From the sequence record OQ921332.1: a stretch of DNA of 64,000 nucleotides, one strand, 5' to 3'. A program made the position numbers and the translations under genes. Every line of letters starts with the position of its first letter. Within the stretch, counting starts at the first letter, position 1. The notes beneath the pieces were generated by a model. It was not told where the DNA came from. It ran no database searches and saw only the letters and a program-made list of their open reading frames with translations. Positions 58,791 to 64,000 of the stretch are shown one piece after another. Origin of the DNA: Escherichia phage vB_EcoP_PAS59.

Positions 58791-61790
58791 TTACCTTCGA
58801 CCGCCAACAGCAAACTCTATAGTGAGTCCATTCATAGAGGCATTACTATTAACATCATTATCTATAACATTATAGAATAGGTATGGATGGTTCAATCTGA
58901 CCGATACGTGACGATCTACACCAACCCTAAACTCTTTAGTTGAGTGATTATGTCCATACTCATTAGAGAATTGACTTCCACCTGCTTCGAACACATAAGT
59001 ACCTGTTCCAGTTACTTGTGGTCTAAACTTGTTGATGTGTTTTTGATTCCATTCATTAGTGACATTATCAAAGTCAATACCAGTCCTCTCTAGCCTCATT
59101 TCTAAAGGCCTTTCTATAACTGTATCATTTGATCTGTCATAAAAATAATCTAAAGCACCAACATCTACTTGATAGAACCCTCTCAAGAAAGAACCTACTA
59201 TTGTAACCCTCTGACGGAAGTTTGTTGCATCCTTTCTCCAGACAAGTTTGTCAATAGATGGATCATCCCAAGTGACTTCTTGAAAGTCTGCCCAAATAGG
59301 ACCACGCTCAAGAACAGGAGGATCAACCAAACCAATACAGTAAGAGTATGGAATAGTACGGAAAGACCAAGTATCAAATTCGTAGTTCCAAACAGCAGCT
59401 TTGGTACAAGCGAAACTCTCTTTTGGCTCTCCCGGTCCTACATATAGAATCCAAACTTCTTTCTTATCTTGATGTAGATGGACTTTGGTAGCTATAGGAT
59501 TTACTAGGCATATTTCATTGATTAGCATATTCTTAACACGGTTAGAAGCAATAGACTTCTTAGATGCCCCATTATGAAGAATAACATCGTTCTGAGTAAC
59601 TACAAAATGACCACCCTCTACTTCCACAACACATTCGGGAGCAAGAATTCCTGAATCGTTAAACAACTTCTTAAACATCAGAGGTTGATATGTGTTATTA
59701 GTGGGTGACCCAATGTATGTCTCAAATTCAGTGTAAACAAACAAATAGTCCTTCAGAGGTAACACTTCTATAAGACTACCGTTCGAATCTGCAAGATCAA
59801 TATACCCTGCATACCCATTCTCAAGAGCTTCAGTCTGTCCGACAATATTAGCAGCAAGATCAGAGCTGACAGCCCTATCATATGCATAATCATCCCACAG
59901 CTCTGGAGCCTTGTTCTCTTCTGCAAAATTAGACCAACGAAGACGCAACGGGTAATGTGTTGTAACGCCAGAAGCATTAGATTCTCTCATATTCAGAGCA
60001 AACAATCTGTTGTTAAATGCACGAATGCGCTCACACTTCCAGTTATACTTCTTAACAGAAGGGTTCCCTGATGCATCTACTACTGTCTGTTCACCCCATC
60101 CCGGCAAGTCAACAAAGTATTCAGAATCAAACTCTTTAACTTGAGGAGTTTCATAATGGGTGGTTGCAACTGCACAGTTAGAGATGATAGTATGATACCA
60201 CGGGTAATCTTCAAAAGCATCGTAGTCTTTTTGAACCATCTGACTTACAGTGCAGGTAACTTTCACTTCACCCTTACGGAGAGCTGTGAGCTTGAGAGTA
60301 GGACTACTGGTGTTGGTAGTAGACACATAACCACTCTTATCTACGGTCCATTTATAGGAATAGTTACCAGTCGGAGAAGCTGTTGCTGTCAATACAATCT
60401 CTTCACCAACATCCAGAGAGGCATCTATAATATCCAAAGTCACGCCACTTAAAGGAGGATCATTAGCTAGAAGAGCAGCTCTGCCAAAACCTTCAAGGTC
60501 CATTACGTTAGAGTAGTCATAGAAATTGTTACCTTCTGCCATACCTGTTGTATCAATTCCAGTGTTCTCTGATGCAAAATATACCACATCTTCTTTCTCA
60601 ATCACAGGCTCTTCTACCGGAGCTTCAGGAGTAATAGAGTAAGACAAAGAACGAGCCATTCTAGAAGCCAAACCAACTTGAACTTCACAAGTAGCGGTAC
60701 GATTACCTTCTACAGTTGTTGCTGTAATTTGAGTATACCCCGCTACTAAACCAGTAATAGTTGCTTCTGTACTAGAACCACTAACAGTAGCAATGTTGGG
60801 GTTAGAACTTGTCCAAGTGATTGCTTTGTTAGGGGCATTGGCTGGATTAACCGTAGCTGTTAGTATGTACTGAGTCCCTCTATTCATTGTTACATTCTCT
60901 TGACTTAGAGAGATGCTATCAATCTGAGGAATTGCAGAAACTACACAAGATGCAGTTTTTGTCCCATTATCAGCTGTAATGGTTACGTTACCTTCTCCTG
61001 AAGCCCTCAATACTGCGGTTAAAGAGTTTGAGTTAGGTGTGACTGACACAATACTTGGGTTAGAGCTTGTCCAAGTGACGCTTGGTTTTCCTGTAATAGC
61101 AGTAAGTGTTGAAGTTCCTCCTTTTCTCACTGTCAATGTATCCTGACTTAAGAAGATTCCAGAATCTCCATCAATAATGTTAACAGCAATCTGAGTGGAC
61201 ACAGATTCATCTGCTGTTCGAACTGTAACTACTAGATTTCCTTCAACAGCTTTAGAAGTAAGTGTTGCTTTTTTGGAATCTGTAGGGTCAACAACAATGC
61301 TACCATATGCTGAATTACTTACTGACCAAACTAGATTAGTATTCTGTGCATCTTCCGGGGTTATACTGACTTCTAAAACCTTTGTCTTGTTGAAAGTCAT
61401 TGAGACAGAAGACTCTTTAGGGGTAATAGAAGATACAACCGGATAGATCTTGAGTGTCGCTGTTGCTTTCTTAGTTGCCGTAGCAACCTTGCGGCTGATA
61501 TCAGTAAGCCCTTCATCAGTTAATTTGTACAACTTCTTGTCTGTACCAACTACAAGGAAACTATTGCCAGCACTGTAATAATCAAAAGGCATAGAGATAA
61601 AAGAAAGAGGGGTTAGGTCTTTATCTTCATCAACGTAAGAAAGAGGGGCATTGCCCCCCGTCTTAAATACCCTCTGCTCTACAAAGCGAGCATTAATAGC
61701 GTTAGTGAAAGCATTTGGTGCTAAGTCAGTAGGTGCTTGGTCAGCGATAACCCCAACTGCCCCTAATGATTTTATTGGATATAAAGCCAT
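58791..61790 (-). CDS. Large tail structural protein with 3-4 tandem Ig-like (Big_2) domains
   Basis: Repeated ...L.atV.P.nA.nk.itWtSSNp.iAtV...G.vT....G...ITA.. segments in aa ~105-530. Confidence 0.75.
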   Translation of the reverse strand: MALYPIKSLGAVGVIADQAPTDLAPNAFTNAINARFVEQRVFKTGGNAPLSYVDEDKDLTPLSFISMPFDYYSAGNSFLVVGTDKKLYKLTDEGLTDISRKVATATKKATATLKIYPVVSSITPKESSVSMTFNKTKVLEVSITPEDAQNTNLVWSVSNSAYGSIVVDPTDSKKATLTSKAVEGNLVVTVRTADESVSTQIAVNIIDGDSGIFLSQDTLTVRKGGTSTLTAITGKPSVTWTSSNPSIVSVTPNSNSLTAVLRASGEGNVTITADNGTKTASCVVSAIPQIDSISLSQENVTMNRGTQYILTATVNPANAPNKAITWTSSNPNIATVSGSSTEATITGLVAGYTQITATTVEGNRTATCEVQVGLASRMARSLSYSITPEAPVEEPVIEKEDVVYFASENTGIDTTGMAEGNNFYDYSNVMDLEGFGRAALLANDPPLSGVTLDIIDASLDVGEEIVLTATASPTGNYSYKWTVDKSGYVSTTNTSSPTLKLTALRKGEVKVTCTVSQMVQKDYDAFEDYPWYHTIISNCAVATTHYETPQVKEFDSEYFVDLPGWGEQTVVDASGNPSVKKYNWKCERIRAFNNRLFALNMRESNASGVTTHYPLRLRWSNFAEENKAPELWDDYAYDRAVSSDLAANIVGQTEALENGYAGYIDLADSNGSLIEVLPLKDYLFVYTEFETYIGSPTNNTYQPLMFKKLFNDSGILAPECVVEVEGGHFVVTQNDVILHNGASKKSIASNRVKNMLINEICLVNPIATKVHLHQDKKEVWILYVGPGEPKESFACTKAAVWNYEFDTWSFRTIPYSYCIGLVDPPVLERGPIWADFQEVTWDDPSIDKLVWRKDATNFRQRVTIVGSFLRGFYQVDVGALDYFYDRSNDTVIERPLEMRLERTGIDFDNVTNEWNQKHINKFRPQVTGTGTYVFEAGGSQFSNEYGHNHSTKEFRVGVDRHVSVRLNHPYLFYNVIDNDVNSNASMNGLTIEFAVGGRR

Positions 61791-61801
61791 TATAGCCCTC
61801 C

Positions 61802-62605
61802 TTAGCTAATACGTCTCCAAATGTGTGCTGCTCGGAACGGCGGCAATGTGTTAATAGGTTGGCGAGATGTATCATCACGACCAAAACTAACAGAACCTGT
61901 GATTGTGTGTGAGTGAGTATTAGTGTCAGTCACCTGAGTGTAACCACTACCCGGACTATACCAGTTAGGGCTGCTGTTATGACCACTTGCATCACCTCGT
62001 CCCATTCTGATATTGTGTGAGTGGGAATAAGAACTAACTTGGAAGCTAGAGCCATTGATTGTGGTTAGAGGTATGTTATCAGCACGAATCGTATTGAATA
62101 CGCGACCACCTGTACCACCTGCTTGAAATTCTACACGTTGGGCGTTAGGAACAGACCCATCAGGGTTAACAACACCAGTACCCATAATAACACCTGTTAC
62201 TTTAGCCCAAGAGCCAAAACCAAGAGATGCAGAATCACCGGGGTTAATATCTTCTTCAGTGATGTAATAAGAACCAATACGGTACAACTTATTCTGCATC
62301 CAGTTCAACATGAAAGCTTCCATCTGACCTTTTGTTACAGCATCCCTATCCCCGGTTCCCGGAGTAAGGTTCTTAATCATGAGATTACCAACATCCATAG
62401 CATCACCAGTAAAAGTGATCTTCTCTGATAGAGCTTTAAAAGATTCAGAAGAAAGGTTTACTGGTTCTGTAATATTTGGGAATGTGTTAATCAAAACCTG
62501 CTTAATAAGGCGGAGTTGAGCCGCCCCTTCATAAATGTAATCTCTGTCTCTAGGGTACAGAGGGTTTAAATCGGTAGTCACTACCGCAGTTGTTTCGATA
62601 GCCAA
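61802..62605 (-). CDS. Tail fibre-like protein
   Basis: TTG start 5 nt after GGAGGTG; late cluster. Confidence 0.65.
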   Translation of the reverse strand: MAIETTAVVTTDLNPLYPRDRDYIYEGAAQLRLIKQVLINTFPNITEPVNLSSESFKALSEKITFTGDAMDVGNLMIKNLTPGTGDRDAVTKGQMEAFMLNWMQNKLYRIGSYYITEEDINPGDSASLGFGSWAKVTGVIMGTGVVNPDGSVPNAQRVEFQAGGTGGRVFNTIRADNIPLTTINGSSFQVSSYSHSHNIRMGRGDASGHNSSPNWYSPGSGYTQVTDTNTHSHTITGSVSFGRDDTSRQPINTLPPFRAAHIWRRIS

Positions 62606-62617
62606 AAGGCACCTCCA

Positions 62618-63109
62618 TTAATATTTTCCTGTGGTGTATAGGTCTGCTTCTGCAACCCTACGATTGTGAAGTCCCGGACTCTGTTGTTTTACACCCTTAA
62701 CAGTTATCTTATCCCAACGCAAGAATTCTGAATAAACATCACCCTTTACGTCCCCGTTAATCACTTTCCTAAGTTTTGAGGTTGATAGAGCACCACCACC
62801 AACATTAAAGTTGAACGAGGTGACAGCATCAAACTCATGAGCTAACATAGGAACTCTTATGTTTTTCTGAGTAGCACGAACAGAGTCTTGTGTGTCTCTA
62901 TCTAGCAGAGCTAGACAATCCTCTATAGAATACGTTAATCCTTGTCTTACTGGATACCCATTCATATCGCGCGTAGCCCCTACACATATTGTCCAGATTC
63001 CAGCGGAGTCTTTATAGGCTTTAGTTCTCATGCCTTCATGTTTCATGATAAACTCCATACCGTCCGGACTCAGGCTCATTTGTACAGGTGGCAATGCGAT
63101 AGCGTCCAT
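62618..63109 (-). CDS. Endolysin, GH24 (T4/P22-type) lysozyme
   Basis: MKHEGMRTKAYKDSAGIWTICVG; start at MDAIAL (AAGGAGG RBS), inside ORF 62618..63142. Confidence 0.85.
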   Translation of the reverse strand: MDAIALPPVQMSLSPDGMEFIMKHEGMRTKAYKDSAGIWTICVGATRDMNGYPVRQGLTYSIEDCLALLDRDTQDSVRATQKNIRVPMLAHEFDAVTSFNFNVGGGALSTSKLRKVINGDVKGDVYSEFLRWDKITVKGVKQQSPGLHNRRVAEADLYTTGKY

Positions 63110-63142
63110 CTTGACCTCCTTTTTGTTATTATGATAGGTCAA

Positions 63143-63361
63143 TTAAGGAAGAATTTTTCTCAGAGCTGAAGATTGAGCATCTGGGCAAATAACAACCAAA
63201 TTATTTTGAATGGTCCTTTGTTTACATTGAGAACTAAGCTTCTCTACGGGAGCTTCTATAACAGAATGAGAGCTTACCGCATTTACAGGCACTGCCGTAG
63301 AAATCACAAAACCAGTCCCTAAGCAAGCAAGACCATAAGTTACTTGTTTCATCATTTTCAT
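63143..63361 (-). CDS. Small single-TM / signal-anchored protein next to the endolysin (holin candidate)
   Basis: MKMMKQVTYGLACLGTGFVISTAVPV...; AAGGAG RBS. Confidence 0.45.
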   Translation of the reverse strand: MKMMKQVTYGLACLGTGFVISTAVPVNAVSSHSVIEAPVEKLSSQCKQRTIQNNLVVICPDAQSSALRKILP

Positions 63362-63426
63362 TTTCTTCTCCTTTTCGTTTTCCTTTTGGATATAATAGTT
63401 TCATTACTTATTCATCAGTTTCACTC

Positions 63427-63448
63427 CTAAAAGCCCCCGAAGGGGCTG
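63427..63448 (-). terminator. Rho-independent terminator
   Basis: Minus strand reads AGCCCC-TTCG-GGGGCT followed by TTTT. Confidence 0.75.
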
Positions 63449-63452
63449 TTAA

Positions 63453-64000
63453 TCATTTAGCAGCTTTCAGCGTAGCAACCTCCTTCTTCAACTCATCAAC
63501 CTGCTTCATCAACTCTAAAATAGCTTCATGATGAAGTGCCGCAGCAACACCATAAGTGTCTACAGACTTTGTATCTTTAACAATCGAACCATCTTGAAGC
63601 TCTGTATCCCCGGTAACTTTGACAGCATCAGGGAAGATTTTTTCCACATCTTGTGCAATAAACCCATAACCCACTTTATCACCGGATGTTTTAAGTTTCC
63701 AAGAAACACCTTTTATCTCTTTCATCTTGTCCAAAGGTTTTTCTATTCTAGAAATATCATCTTTTATTCTTTCATCAGAATCAGTGCTCCAACCACCCGG
63801 GCAAACAGCTCTTCCATCCTTGAGAAATTGAAAATGTTTTAGATTAGTTCCGGCTGTAGATGTTGATATGGTAACGTCACCATCACGCTCTGTGTAAAGT
63901 CTTCCATATATAGCAGTGTTAGCGCTGTTTTTAAATTCAATGAAAGATTGATTATTGTTGTTACCTACAAAAGTTGCTTTACCTTCACGAGAAATTAACT
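63453..64000 (-). CDS. Tail fibre/spike C-terminus with a peptidase S74 intramolecular chaperone domain (partial; continues past the window)
   Basis: The frame stays open to 64000 upstream of the track's TTG; ...GGWSTDSDERIKDDISRIEKPLDKMKEIKGVSWKLK...GFIAQDVEKIFPDAV... (SDxRxK autocleavage motif). Confidence 0.75.
   Translation of the reverse strand, partial: LISREGKATFVGNNNNQSFIEFKNSANTAIYGRLYTERDGDVTISTSTAGTNLKHFQFLKDGRAVCPGGWSTDSDERIKDDISRIEKPLDKMKEIKGVSWKLKTSGDKVGYGFIAQDVEKIFPDAVKVTGDTELQDGSIVKDTKSVDTYGVAAALHHEAILELMKQVDELKKEVATLKAAK

Noticed and set aside
8661-63448. Recurrent GGCYRCC-TTCG-GGTGGCY / AGCCCC-TTCG-GGGGCT hairpins (8661, 34358, 38552, 41878, 47157, 58770, 63432) as a possible dispersed mobile repeat
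   Set aside because: Each is followed by a T-run in the direction of transcription and sits right after a stop codon. These are ordinary GC-stem, UUCG-tetraloop intrinsic terminators with convergent sequence, not a transposed element.

Overview
I could not run any searches, so family names come from motifs I could read in the sequence.

**Overall identity.** The window looks like about 64 kb of a lytic dsDNA podophage genome, starting at or near its left end. From memory, the organisation matches the phiEco32 / Kuravirus type. The shared features are a phage-encoded sigma factor, a single tRNA-Arg(UCU), an amidoligase / GATase / ATP-grasp / gamma-glutamyl-cyclotransferase operon, and a T7-like replisome.

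**Layout:**
- **1-700:** non-coding repeat arrays.
- **700-14,600 (+):** about 50 small early genes, rich in paralog families, with unusually elaborate non-coding regulatory RNA regions.
- **14,978-24,443 (+):** translationally coupled amidoligase operon.
- **24,672-47,121 (+):** replication and nucleotide-metabolism block. It holds primase-helicase, a split T7-like DNA polymerase, dCTP deaminase, thioredoxin, ThyX, PhoH, a Dps-like protein, an SSB, a dNMP kinase, a FEN and a sigma factor. It is peppered with HNH homing endonucleases and carries one group I intron.
- **47,194-64,000 (-):** late virion, ejection, tail and lysis genes.

**Most interesting observations:**
1. Four strong sigma70-type promoters at 2.5-3.4 kb are each followed by a hairpin and a near-perfect copy of the host rrn boxA antitermination site. 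A ~750-nt untranslated RNA follows, and a cluster of 4-5 intrinsic terminators lies at 6.4-6.6 kb.
2. A ~135-nt non-coding element occurs in two copies and shows compensatory base-pair changes in three hairpins. Both copies lie near a ProQ/FinO-like gene.
3. The amidoligase operon is experimentally uncharacterised. Its class-II GATase can only start at an ATT codon.
4. The 9-mer TAATGTATA occurs at least five times, always intergenic. One pair is divergent, in a structured gap at 40.7-41.1 kb.
5. The DNA polymerase is made from an exonuclease gene, a polymerase gene 8.3 kb away, and a group I intron that splits motif C.
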